Positions 46,603 through 59,320 of a stretch of DNA of 64,000 nt are shown one piece after another; position 1 is the first letter of the stretch; each line of letters begins with the position of its first letter. The position numbers and the translations under genes were made by a program. Origin of the DNA: Eukaryota sp. TZLM1-RC (Eukaryota > Protista > Metamonada: BaSk clade); contig JAUPSS010000004.1 of the NCBI GenBank assembly GCA_040285825.1, positions 310,001 to 374,000 on the forward strand, read 5' to 3'. The notes beneath the pieces are model-generated. The model had not been told where the DNA came from, did no database searches, and was given only the letters and a program-made list of their open reading frames with translations.

Positions 46603-48073
46603 AAAGCGAGAACTTATACAATTCCTTGATTACTATCATTAAACCTATTGAGATTACAAGTTTATTCGATATCAATAACTTCAGATGCAATTTCATTCAA
46701 CTTAGGTGTTAGAAAGTTCATCAACGGAATTTGTTTCTTCCTCTTTAGTCTAATGGTTTCTAACTCACTCTCTGCTTCATTAAGAGTATACAATATGTCA
46801 ATTTCAAAATGTGGTTATGTTGCATCACATCGACTTTGTTATTTGCCAAATAGACTTGCAAAATTATTTGATGTAAAAACATTCATTCTTCGACAAAATT
46901 TGGAGGGATATGACACAATTGAAACTATTTTAGAATCACAAATGGGAATTGTTGGTTCAAATCCTTTTATTTCTGCATTGAAACAAAATTATATTCTTTT
47001 AATTTTCAATGAAGAGGAAAATGTCGAGGGGATTTTATCACTACTTGTTGGAAAAGAACTATTAACTGAAACAAATATTATTTCAATTTATCGTCATGGT
47101 GATTTTGTATATCCAATTGTTGCACAAACACCAAATGGATGGTCAATGAGTGCAACAAAATTCACACCATCATTTAAAAAATTCATTCAGGAAGAAGTTC
47201 GTTCATCAATTCAGGTGAGTAGATTTACAATTCCAAATTTGTTGGAATTTCAAAATGTGGTTATGTGGAAATTGTCCTGTGTGACTCTTTCAGTAACAAT
47301 AATTGGCAATATTTTTCTTAGAAAATGTTTTGAATAAAAGCGCTTAAACACTGCAATAATTCCAGCATCGAGTGGTTGGATGTGTGAAGTGGCATTCTTT
47401 AACAAAAACTCAGTCCTCACATTAGACAAATTTTCAGTTAAAATGTGAGATGGGGCATTATCAATGAGCAACAGAATTTGTCTTCCATTTGCTCTCATTT
47501 TTTCATTCAGTTTCTTACAGTAATCGGTAAAAATTGATGAAGTCATCCAAGCCTTTTTGTTAGCATACCACAATAAGTTCAGTGAATTGGCAGTGTTTGG
47601 TTTCATACCGCGAGGCTTTTGAGACTTGTTGATGATACCGAGAGGCAGTTTGTTGAGTTTGACTCAACAAACAGTGCAAGAGCAGCATCAAGGTCAGGGT
47701 GTTTTACAGAACGAACTCTCTTTGGTCTCAAATTTTTGCCCAGGGCAAGAGCTTGCTCAAGAACTTGTGAACGTCGCTTCAAAATCTTTCCAATAGTTGT
47801 ACGATGGGGTTTTGAGGGCAAGTTGAAAGTCTCTTTAGCCCAGGATGCCAAAGCAGTATTCTTTAGATGAGGATTTTCGTCAGCATATTGGATGAGGAGT
47901 GCTGACTGTTTGACACCTATCTCTACTGGTTTCGGTTTTGGTGGTTGTGACATGAAAAAGAGAGAAGTTATAAAGCGAGAAGTTACAATTATAAATGACT
48001 AAGGGAACCAGAAAAAACGAGAATTTATAGAGAGTGAGAAGTTATATAGCGAGAAGTTATAGAGAGGTTACTG
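46545..48073 (-). mobile_element. Non-autonomous pogo/Tigger-family (Tc1/mariner superfamily) DNA transposon with TIRs and TA duplication
   Basis: TIRs CAGTAACCTCTCTATAACTTCTCG, with TA at 46543-44 and 48074-75. CENP-B HTH at 47603-47953 and DDE_1 fragment NKKAWMT..LLIDNAPSH..QPLDAGII, with internal deletions. Confidence 0.93.
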
Positions 48074-48865
48074 TATGATTAAGCTCAGGATGTATATTTC
48101 ATTAGGTGTTTTGTAAATAGGATATTGTCGATTTATTAACAAAATAGCCTTTTCATTTCAACAACATTCAAATCGAAAACGTTGTACCAACATGACTTTC
48201 GGGACCAACAACAAAATACACAATTAAAGATTGACGTACATGGTACTTGTTTGAAAACAGATAAATGAATATGAATATGAATATGAATAAGTTGCAGTTG
48301 ATCTTAGTCTTTTATATTCTGACTTTCAATTGGAGGAACACCATCAGTAGAAACAGGAACTTGTCTGTACAACATCCAAAAAGTGGTTCGAAGAAGAATG
48401 AGGAGAGTCTTTATCTTTCTATAGTGTTGTCAAATTCAATTTGTAATCAATTGAATAATCAAAGCAGTCTTCTTCAGCATGCCAGCGGATGATGATTTGA
48501 AGACAGTTGGCTGAACTGTATTTCATTCGTTTTATCATTGTTAAATTAAAAGTCAAAGTCCATCAGTAACTTATTTGTAAGTTCTGTAAACTTGAACTGC
48601 TTACTAAGTTGATAACTATCTCTATCTCCATCTCTAACATAAATCTATATATAAATAAATTTACAAAAAGAATGGATAAGAAGTTGAACAACGTGTGGAT
48701 TGTTTCAAAATGACTGATAGAAAGAAGATGATGTAATTTCACCAAAAGGTGAAGAAGTGAACTATTTTAAACTGTTTGAAACTGTAAATATATTCTTTAT
48801 TCAAATGAAAACGATGATAAATTTCGCAAATACTAATGTTAAGTAGGGATCAGAATGAATCTTAA

Positions 48866-49690
48866 TTAAGTCTTGAAAATTTCATAACATGATACCTGTT
48901 TCGAGCCAATTCCATCTGGTGATAAACAGAAATATGACGCTTTAGTGATTACGTTGTTGTAAATACCGTAATATTGTTTCCATTTTTTGAAAATACCATC
49001 AGCATTCATAAGCTTACTGAAGCTCAGAGAAAACGATTCATGTATCTCAATACAAACCCAAAGGTGGAAATGCAAACGTTTATCAATTTTTAAGCAATGA
49101 CTGTTCAGAAATTTGTGTTTGTGTAGTCCAAAACAATCAAAATACTGACACAATATTTACAAAATCTTCCAGGATAAATAAAGTTTTAACTCCAAAAATA
49201 CAACGTAACTGACTTATTGAGAATTAAAAAGAGAACAAACAATGGAATTATTATGTGTTGTGTGTATCTATCGCTATTTACACTTGATTGAATTTTGCTG
49301 CGTTTCTGAGATTTTTCATATTTATTCTTTAGTATCTTTACCTCATTGTGGTAGTGGTCATATTCACAGTAGATTCTGTACCTATTGGAGGAACATTTTG
49401 GTTGTGACCACTGTCAGATCAGCTCTCAGTGTAGACATGTGGATACATGGTTCAAAGGATTCAGTAATTTTAGACAATATTTTTATGTGCTTTTTGGGAC
49501 AGCTAGAAGGGATCAACGAGGAGACTTGCTGGAAAAAGGTCATTCTTCGAACAAGTGCTACGTCATCACTTGAAGTCCTCATCTGTTTATCAGCATAGTT
49601 TATCAGTAACAACAACAATTTGGGACAACTAGAAATAGATGTTTTTCGTGACATCAACGAACACAAGATTAGGATATTCAATTTATTTTA
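48866..49690 (-). pseudogene. Highly decayed coding relic, possibly the N-terminal half of another Fanzor
   Basis: Fragments TFFQQVSSLI, MSTLRADL, YLSWKIL..FDCFGLHKHKFLNSHCLKID and SPDG fall in the order expected for Fanzor1 REC/WED. No RuvC motif was seen. Confidence 0.25.
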
Positions 49691-49947
49691 TATTTATTTT
49701 ATTTATTTTTTATTGATGTTATTCAATTTATTCCTACAACAAGCTCGAAGATCGTAATGAAATGTATTCCGTAGAAAACAATGTTGTTGAAAATCATTTG
49801 GCTAGATTCGAAGACATTCGTCATGTGTGTTTTTCCTGAGCTCTGCAGGACCTCAAGCAGAAAAGAAGAAAATGAATAAATCAGTACACAACTACAACTG
49901 TTTCAGATCAGGTCAGTAAGCTAAAACCGAAATATATATAATATGTT

Positions 49948-50560
49948 TTATGAAAAAGTTTTTCTATCAACAATCAAGGTGAAATACTGACAGCATGAAA
50001 CAAATGCTTTACAAATGGTTTTCATTGTAGACCCTGGAATCAGTAATCTTTTCATCAATGAAATGCAGCTACTAGCAACTATTCCTCTTGTTGAAACTTC
50101 AAAAGGAAATGATTCAACCATAACATCTAAATTTGACAATAGAAATCTTGTGATATTTCGTACTTTTTAATGTACGTCTACTGTCTAATTATTTTTTCCA
50201 TCGGTGATGTTAACTCACAAATCAGGACTGTCTTCCTTCTTGATTCATCTGTGTTTTTTGACATTAGGATTAGATCATGTCTTAATTCAGTCAAAACCAA
50301 AGGAAAATTTACATAATGATTTGTGTGGTATGGTAAATCGCAGCAAACATCATAATGATCTAGGAAAGGAAGTAAGGACTTAACAAAACTATTTAAAATT
50401 GAATCATGTCTCCCTTTAGGACTATTCTGTAGTTCAGGGATCTGATAACGTGGACTACTACATACAATGTGACACAATGTACCAGGTCCAGACTGATATA
50501 TTGAGCAATTAAGAGACAATAGTTTAGATCCATCAGGCATTTCCGACAAATTTTCCATCG
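49948..50560 (-). mobile_element. RLE non-LTR retrotransposon fragment of a different clade (HERO/NeSL/R4-like endonuclease)
   Basis: TLCHIV.., RHDSIL, LRHDLIL, ICELTSPME and FPFEVSTRG correspond to the RH(D/N)..RPD..ELT.P.E..EV..RG pattern. Confidence 0.75.
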
Positions 50561-50574
50561 GTAAATATTATACC

Positions 50575-50765
50575 GGATTGAACATCGTATTTTCTATTGT
50601 GAAGGGAATGGTGAAACTAATTTCTGGTTCACTCTCTCCATTTAGTAAATTTTCTGAATCTTTAGCAATAAAATGTTTTGATGTAGTGGATGCAGGTTTT
50701 GAGGATGTGGAATTCTAGGTGTGTATTTGATGTTTTCATATTCGTTATTAAATGAATAAAAAAAG
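50575..50765 (+). mobile_element. 3' terminal fragment of retrotransposon family E
   Basis: Matches about 40850-41035. Confidence 0.8.
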
Positions 50766-51029
50766 TATAGATCAAATGTTTTGTGATTATATGTTGCATT
50801 TGTTCTACTTTTACATAAGTGCTGATGCAAAAGAAAATTTTTCTGAGATCCACTTGTGTGAGAAAGTTGCGATTGATTGTACAAAGGACTGTATAACTCC
50901 ATAATTAAAAACTAATTGAATTAAAGTTGCTGGTTCTATTTAATGAACATCCACACTGAACAAAATAATAACATAAGTCATGGGACGAAATTCATCTTTT
51001 CCCAAGTATTTTTAGTTTATTCCACCAAG

Positions 51030-51690
51030 AAATTAAACAACAAAATTAAAATACTAAATCTTCATATCCCAAATCAGCCAAAGAGAATTGATTGGAAGTT
51101 TTTTTTTCATAAAAACGACCAAGACATAATAAATCAGAAGATAATAAGGGGACAACCATTTTCAAAACTGAAAAGAACACTTCTGTTCTGCCAAAACATT
51201 TTGTCAAAAATTCTTTCCGTACATTGTTTTACAATTTTAGCAAAATCATTCAAGAAAGATAAAGCAAATGGACAAAGGACATAATGAGTATGTGATTCAG
51301 CAATCAAGGAAACCAACTTTGCTTCATATTTATCAATTTTAGTGTTTTCGGCAACAGTCAGCGGATTCCTGTGTTTTGACTGAGCTAATGGTATGAAAGA
51401 ACTTTTACACATATCAGTTTATCTCACATCAGTAATGATAGTCGTTCCTTCAAGTCCTTTAAGCAATAAATCACCACTATTACGACCAATAGAATTCAAA
51501 GTATCTTCATCAACAAAACGAGAAAGTAATGGTTCCAAATAGGAAACAATTCTTTGTGACTGTGACATTCAATAGAGCTGATCTCTAACTGCATCATGGA
51601 CTTTTGATAGGAAAGTAATAAAATGTTTACAATTAAAAAGATGATTTGGAGAAATTTTTGTTCCACATTTGCAAATCAAATTATAGGGCA
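51030..51690 (-). mobile_element. Retrotransposon family C 3' fragment
   Basis: Collinear with 8060-8750. Confidence 0.85.
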
Positions 51691-54600
51691 GAATGCATTG
51701 AACCAAGATTTTCTCTACCAAATTTTGATCTACTTGCTGTCTAGCTAAAGCTTCTCTAATTGGATTGAAAAACCGAGGTAATCTATTAGTAATGGCAAAT
51801 TGAATCCGACAGTGCCATAAACAGGTATCAAATCTTTTCATTGGTTTTTCTTGAGCCATTTTTTGGAATTCATTCAAATAAGTTGCTGCTTCTACTGATA
51901 GTTTTCCGTTTATAAAAAATGAAAGGCAATAAAACAAGTGGTCTATTTCTATCAGCATTAGCTTCTGCGATATCTTGTTCATAATTTCTATGTTTTCCTT
52001 TGCTTTAAATTCAAGAGCACCTACAAGATTGAGTTTTTTCTGTGAACCAAAGTGTCATTTGAAACATTACATGAGACAAAGTCAACAACCGCTTCAGAGT
52101 TATCAATCCAATCACAGTGTACATCACCTCTGTCATCAGAACCAAACTTATTCAGAGAAAGTGTTTCCTTCAGCAGAGGCTAATTGATACACGATATCCT
52201 TGCAGTTTGTGCCATATTAAAAACAGTGTCTCTAACAGTATCATGTAATGAAGAACGATAAGTTATCAATTTCGAACAATTCAGAGCATGTCACAAAGTG
52301 AGCTGAGGTGAATTCGAACAAATACATTCTTTTTGATAATAATTGGATAATTAAAATAATAATAATAATGGATATATATATTCAGATATAATCTCATTTT
52401 TGTTACAAACGCTTCATTAGTAGCACACAATCCAAAACTTCGTGGTACAATGGTTACAAACAGTGAAGAATCTGATGACTGGTTTTCACAAACACCCTTT
52501 TCCAATAACAATGAGTGAAGATCTTGATTTAAAACATCCCAGCTGCATATAATATTATAAAGATCATCTTCATATATTCCAGTCAATCGTTTTTGTTATG
52601 TTGGAAGAGTGTATTTAAAAATTTAAAATATTCTTTTCTGGAATATTGCCATTGAATGATTGGGGAAAGCATCGACTCCATTTTTCTTCATCAATTTTTG
52701 AGATTCCTCATTTAATGCAACAGTGGAACTTTGCGTTGTACTTAATAAATCTTCCCAATTGGCAAATCTATTAGAAAGCCCAAAAATTGCATTTCTGCAT
52801 CCACCAATAAAAGCACACGAAGTAAAAATAGAAGCCTTCATCCAACCTAAACCACCATAATGTGGACTAATGTAGGCATGAACTGGAATTTGAAACACTT
52901 TACATTCCAGTAATTGTAACAAAACTTTTGTACTTAATTCATTAAACTTCTGAGCCAAAGGCCTAGTGATAAGAGGATTTGTAGATCGAAATATATGATT
53001 AAGGATGGAACTAAAACACAGTCTTATAATGGTAAATTTGATATGTTTCTGTATATCTAATTTCATCATTTAATCAATTTTTTCGGAAATTGAGTTCAAC
53101 TTTTCAAACAATTCTTTGGTGATTTCATCATTATTTCCTCAAAACGAACCCAAATAACGAATAGCATCAATTGAATATAATTTGGCTTGAATTTCAATAC
53201 CATCAACTATTGTAGAAACTGCAGAACTCGATAACAAACACATTTAAGTAAATTAAGGAGGCCAATTTTGGTAAATAATTCCTTAAAACATACAGTTGCC
53301 TTTTTCACAATATTTAAATCACCTATAAGAACAACATCATCCATATAGGCAATCATTTTTAGCGAAGGAAACATCTCTTGAATTTGTAATAAAATAGGAT
53401 GAATGGTCAAACAAAACAAAACAGGTCCTAACGAATCTCCTTTCTTTACACCACTTGATAAACTCAAAAAAGAATTACCAAAATGTAAATTAGAACTTGT
53501 GCTATATGTTGATTGAAAATACGGCATTAATTCCGGCATATATTGCAATAAAGCACCATGGATACTGCAACGACTGAGTGAATTGAATGCATTGCTGAAA
53601 TCCAATGACATACAAACATTGGATTCATTTTGGCGAATATCGCTGAAAAGACTCCATCAGTGGTATTAATTCCATTCTGAAAGGGCAATAAATTCGTTTG
53701 TGCTTTTTCATTTCATCTGATGAAATAATTGCGGCTTTTATATGATCAATAGAAATACCAGAAACCCCAGCAAACTTACCGCGTGGTCGTTTCTTTATCA
53801 CTGAAAATACCTCTGATGCCATCAATGGATGGGTTTCCCAATAATTTCCATAATAATTTTGATCCATTATTGGGTCTTCCAATGGATGAAGGATTTTCAG
53901 TTTATCTATAGTCTGTTGATTGTTGGGAGATTTAACTCCGGGACTTAAAGCGGACAAAGCCCTAGACCACTTGTTATCAACGCATTTGTCTTCAAAAATT
54001 ATGCTCAATTTCTCATATAACTGTTTTCTCGGTGCTATATCAGTTGAATTTTCAGAATTATTTAAATTATTCAAATTTTGTTCCAAAGGAGCTCAAAAAA
54101 CCAAAAATTTCCAGAGAATATTGATAGCATACTTTCCCTTACATAATTGATCCAAAAACCTTTTAAAAACGAAAACAAATTAATTGTATTTTGACGGATG
54201 AATTTCTTGACGTATTTTTATGGGAGGATGGTAATTATCGACTATTCGGCATTTCAAGCATCGATCAGCCGTTTTACCTTTTGCATTTTTCCTAAAAGAA
54301 ACACCACAATTGTGACAAACTTTGTGCTTGATTTGCTTGTTGACTGGTTTTGCGACAACTTGTGGAGGATCATTTATGGGTTCTACCTTAGACTCTTTCC
54401 TTCTAATAAATTTTCTTTTACATTTTGTTTCAGAAATTGTCACATCATTTTTTCCAACATTGGGGCATGTTCGAGCATTATGTCCTTGTTGTCGACACTT
54501 TGAGCATCTGTAAGAGTGTGTCTCCGTTTTGAACAAACTTCATTTTCATCATCATTTTCTGAAACTTCTTGATCAGAAATTTGTTTGTCCAAAATTGAAG

Positions 54601-54760
54601 AGGGAAGAGGTTGAGGAGGAGAGGTGGAAAGGACGTCTTCAGCATTTTGTTGTCTATCATTTTTTCTTTTGACTCCATTGGAATTAGAAACTGATTCTGG
54701 CATCAACAAGAAAGAGTAGAAACAATGATCACAGTTCTGCAAGGAGTTAAGTTAAACGGC
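51691..54760 (-). mobile_element. Near full-length decayed CRE-like retrotransposon, family B
   Basis: N-terminal CCHC knuckle YRCSKCRQQGHNARTC and CHNC..CLKC, then LHP, RT motifs LDFSNAFNS/AYMDD and RLE. It has many frameshifts and an internal deletion. Confidence 0.9.
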
Positions 54761-54829
54761 TTTTTGTAGAGGAAAGGAAAAAACTCAGGATCAATAGAAT
54801 TGTCCAAACTGTGGTGTTTTTTTTTATTT

Positions 54830-57800
54830 ATTTTTATTTATTTCAATAAAAAAACAAACTTACGACAAGGTTTAAATTCTACGTCTTCATATCCCAAATC
54901 AGGCAATAAGAATTGACTGGAGGTTTTTCTTCGATGAAAGCGTCCAAGAGACAACAAAGCTGAAGATAATAAGGGAACAACACCTTTGAAAATTGAAAAT
55001 ACAATTCTGTTTTGCCAAAAACTCTTCTAGTACGTTGTTTCACAATTTCAACAAAATCATCCAGAAAAGATAAAGCAAGAGGATCGAGCGTGCCATGAAG
55101 GGAAACTGCAAATCGACAGAGGACATAATGAGTATGCGATTTTGCATTCAAGGATAACAATTTTGCCATATATTTGTCAATTTTGGCTTTTTCGGAAACA
55201 GTTAAGGGGTACCTATATTTTGATTGAGCCATTGGAATAAAAGAATCATTACAGACATCAGTGGATCTCACATCCGTAATAATGGTAGTACCTTCAAACG
55301 GGAAAGTATTGGTTCTAAATTTTTTTGGTTCTAATTTTTTTTACAAAATAGGAAACAATCTATGTGATTTTGACATACAATAGAGTTGATCTCTTACTGC
55401 ATCATGGACTTTTGATCGGAAAGTAATACAATGTTTACCATTGAATAAATGATTTGGAGAAATTTTTGATCCACATTTACATATTGAATTATGAGGCTCG
55501 TAATCAGGCCAAATGAAACAACGAAGGCGCATTGTACAAGAAAATGTGGTATCATCTAGAAGAAGACCATAAATTTGAGGAATCTGAGTAATTAAACACG
55601 AAGAGGAACTGTTTTGGGCATCTAACAAAAAATTTGCGAAGGCGAAATAATCTTTTTTGGCCGAGCCAAGACGAACATTAAAATCCAAGCCTTCAAAAAA
55701 TATTGATAACTTTTGATGCCATTTTTCAACACAATACCTCAAATTAACTAGTGTTCTAGAAGGTATTTCTTGCACATTGTCGGGAAAACATTTACTCCAG
55801 ATTTCCGGGGGCAAACAATCAAGAGCATTTTGTAGGTCTCTTAGATAATTATTGCTTGTAAAATTCAATAAATGAACATCATTGGGAAAACGGTTGCAAA
55901 ATTCAAAAACAAAAGTTTTCCCTCCACCAAGAAAATCATCTTGACAGAGAATAGACGATTTAGTGAAATTAATTCCACCAAAATTAGATGATGAAAATAC
56001 ATGACTTCGAATTTGTTCAGGATTGACATCAATCAAAGATGCAAAAAATTTTGTTCTCAAATAGTTAAATGAGCGGCAAAACTCACGTGAAATATCAGGA
56101 GATGTTGTTCTTAAAATGTGAGTAATTTTTCCGGAGTAACAAATTTTAAGATAAAAAACTTAATATGTTTCCCAATTTCAAATGACGAAATTGTATCAAG
56201 TTCAGGCAACTATTTCACTAAAAGATTATTTTATTCTTCATTAATTATTGGAACTTTTCCAAGCCAGCATCCTAGGAAACGAAAAGCATCTGAGGAATAG
56301 TTAAGAAATGGAATTTTAACACCATCAATGGTTGATCTATCTTTTACATTTCCTATGAGGAGACATTTGCCGGCATTAAGCAAAAAATCAATATCTCTGA
56401 AAAACGGCGAGGCTTCAGAAGCAATTTCATTTAAAACATTTAAAGGACCAATAATTGATATCATCCATGTATCCTACTATCTTCAACATCGGATAACGAT
56501 TACTGAAATGAATCAGAAATTTGTGAATTGCTAAACAAAAGAGTATCCAAGGGGATCACCTTGCTTAACTCCAGAGGACGAAAATAGAGTATGAGATTCA
56601 TAAATTAGTTCACTAGCTTTACCATAAAATAAATAAAAATAGCTGGATACTGCTGGAAATTCTTTTTGGATAACATCATAAACTGCACTTCGATGTACAG
56701 AATTGAAAGCATTCTTAAAATCTAAGTTGAAAATATAATTCTGATTATTAGAATGGAAAAATAAATCAGAAGTCAATGCATCAACTGATGCACCATCAAT
56801 TTTTTTAATTCCAAATTGAAAAGGTGCTAAAAATTTTGCAGCCTTGGAAGCAACACGATGAAACACAATTGAAACAAAAAGACGAGTAATTGAATCGCCA
56901 ATGGCAATTGGACGAATTCCATCTGGCTTCTTAGCATTTCCAGGTTTTACCAAGGCAATCAATCGAGCAGCCAGTAATTCAGTCGGAGGAATGGTACTGA
57001 GACAAACCAGATTTTGAAAATATTCTGCAAAATCGTCACATATTTCTGGAGCTTTCCTGCAAACGGATTTGAAAATATCAAACAAAATACTAGATGGACC
57101 TGCTGCTTTACCTTTGGGAAGATGGTTGATAGCAGTCTGTACTTAAGATGAATCAATCGGAGCATCAGTCCAAAACTTACAAATTTTTGGCTTCGGAAAA
57201 CAGAAAGTTTCTACAGGATGAAGATTTTCCAATTTGCTAATTGTGTCATCAGAAGGCTCAGCCAATTGAGAGGAGGAAATAGCTTTGTTAGCTGAACCAT
57301 AACGGCCTCTGAGACACATTTTTCTTACCAATTTGGTTTTTTGTGCACGTGACGTTGAAAGTTTAACGTGGTTTCTTCAACAGAGACTTTTTCTTTGCAA
57401 AAAATTTCCACAAATCAGTAATGACCCAATTATTATTATTCCTTAATTGAGAAGAAAATTTTCGCAGTTTCAAAGACAAATGAGTTGAACTTGCGGGGCT
57501 GGTGTCAACAGGAACTTTCACAGGGGGTCTCAAAGTATCTTTGGCAGTACATGATTTGCAAAATAGAACTGGCCGACCGTTGACTGACTCAGTTAAATCT
57601 TTTGAACAAAAAATACAAGTGTTGGGAAGACGAACTGGAGTATCATGATCAACGTTAGATAAGGTCAAAGAATTAGAATTCAAATCTTCCGCAAACATGT
57701 TTGAATTTTGAGGCTCAGTGTTTATTAACGAAGCTTCAAAAACAAATTTTTTCAGTATTAAGTTCCTCATTATCTTTTAATTTTTTCTTACAAGTCAAAA

Positions 57801-58190
57801 TATTATGTGACGAATCACCACAATAACTACATTTATATATTCTCTTCTTTCTTGATAGGTTATTAGGATGTGCTGCAGAAGTAAAAGAAGAATTTTTCAT
57901 TGAAACTTTGGATTTTTGGGATCTTGAAATGGTGTTTTGGTTTAAGGGAGAAGGATCTGTAGGCACCTAAGATAATTTGGAATGATTTCTGAATAAAATG
58001 ATTTTTTGGTGATGTTAATTCCGAATTTTTTTTTACTCGAAAATGAAGAGAGAGAAAGTTGTGTAGGAAGAGGGGATGAGTGATGTGAAGTTAGAACCAT
58101 CACAAAACGGCTACGAAACTCTGCGTCAATATCCCACTCAGGTGAACTTAATGCGTGATGCATCTTTAAAGCCACCGGAACAAGTACAAC
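54830..58190 (-). mobile_element. Near full-length decayed CRE-like retrotransposon, family C
   Basis: Knuckle YKCSYCGDSSHNILTC and CIFC..CKSC, then GIRPIAIG, LDFKNAFNS, SGVKQGDPLG, thumb, zinc finger, RLE and an A-rich tail. Confidence 0.9.
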
Positions 58191-58285
58191 AGAGAGCGAA
58201 AAACAGAGGGGGTTTGAACTTCAAACTTTGAAGGGTGGGAGGAAAAAAATGTGGTTGTTTTTGATTTGATATTCTTTCTCACCTT

Positions 58286-58989
58286 ATGAAAACCTTGTTT
58301 GTTTTGCTAGGATTGCTTAGCTACTTAGCTCTTGCTTCAGTTCGTTGCTGTGTTGGTGATTTATGTGTTAACTCACAATCTCACATCATTGATCAGACCA
58401 ATGTGTTCTACCTCTGTGGAACCGAGAACTACAAAGATTGTCAGCCTGAATGTCAAGAACTTGAAGAACAAGCACGTTTCCATGGTCCCTGTACCACCAA
58501 TGATCAAGAGGGTCTTCCCGATTGCCAAGCTGTTTTGGGATGTGTCAGACGTCAAACCGTCCTTGCCAGGGGTAAAAGATGGGTAGACAAAGGAGGTTTG
58601 TTCAGTGCTTCAGTTTCTAATACTAGTACCTTATAGTCAGAAGAAAACATTTGAAGGTTATAGAACGGATTGTTCTGGTTTTGTTTCCATGGCCTGGAAG
58701 CTTGCTAAACCTGGACGCACCACCAGAAACTTGAGCGGTGTTTCAAAGAGAATCTCCAAGAAGAGTCAAATTCAGCCCGGTGATGCCATGTTAAACGTTG
58801 GATCCCATGTTTGTTCTTATTTTTTACTCATTACAGGTTGCCTTATTTGTTGCCTGGGCCGATAAAGCTAAGACAAAATATGTTGCCTATGAAGAATCTG
58901 GCTCCAAGAAGAAGGCCATTAAGAGAGTAACACCTTATCCTTATTGGTCTGGTGGATACCACCCATACCGCTACAATAACATCTGTTAG
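58286..58989 (+). CDS. Secreted NlpC/P60-family cysteine peptidase (putative peptidoglycan endopeptidase); introns 58596-58626 and 58809-58836
   Basis: Signal peptide and Cys-rich N-domain. The spliced catalytic domain reads RGKRWVDKGVPYSQ..YRTDCSGFVSMAW..PGDAML..GSHVALF..AYEES. Confidence 0.9.
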
Positions 58990-59320
58990 GTTTTGTATAT
59001 TCATTTATAAAATTTATTGTTCCTTGTTTATCTGGATTTAGCAGGGTTGTCTCAATGGTCCATTTTTGTCAATATACCCCACACTTGACAGTTTTAGTAA
59101 AGCACAATTATGTGGCTCCTTGTCGAATTGTTTTTGTTGCATTATCTACGATACCTAGGCTGGATTACTAATATTAATTTTTGGTTTATTTGGTTTCTAG
59201 TATTAATTACTGACCAAATTATTTACAAAAAACAATAAAGTAAAAGCATCAAAAACACATCCAACTCCATGAAGTATCCAAAACAAAAATCACATTTATT
59301 AATTTACAACAAAAAAACAT

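Noticed and set aside
46648-47337. 229-aa plus-strand ORF as a bona fide gene
   Set aside because: It has a non-ATG start and both ends are antisense pogo sequence. Only the central captured part is of interest.
47970-48073. Repeated GAGAAGTTATA units suggestive of a CRISPR-like array
   Set aside because: These are subterminal repeats of the pogo element, with irregular spacing and no cas genes.
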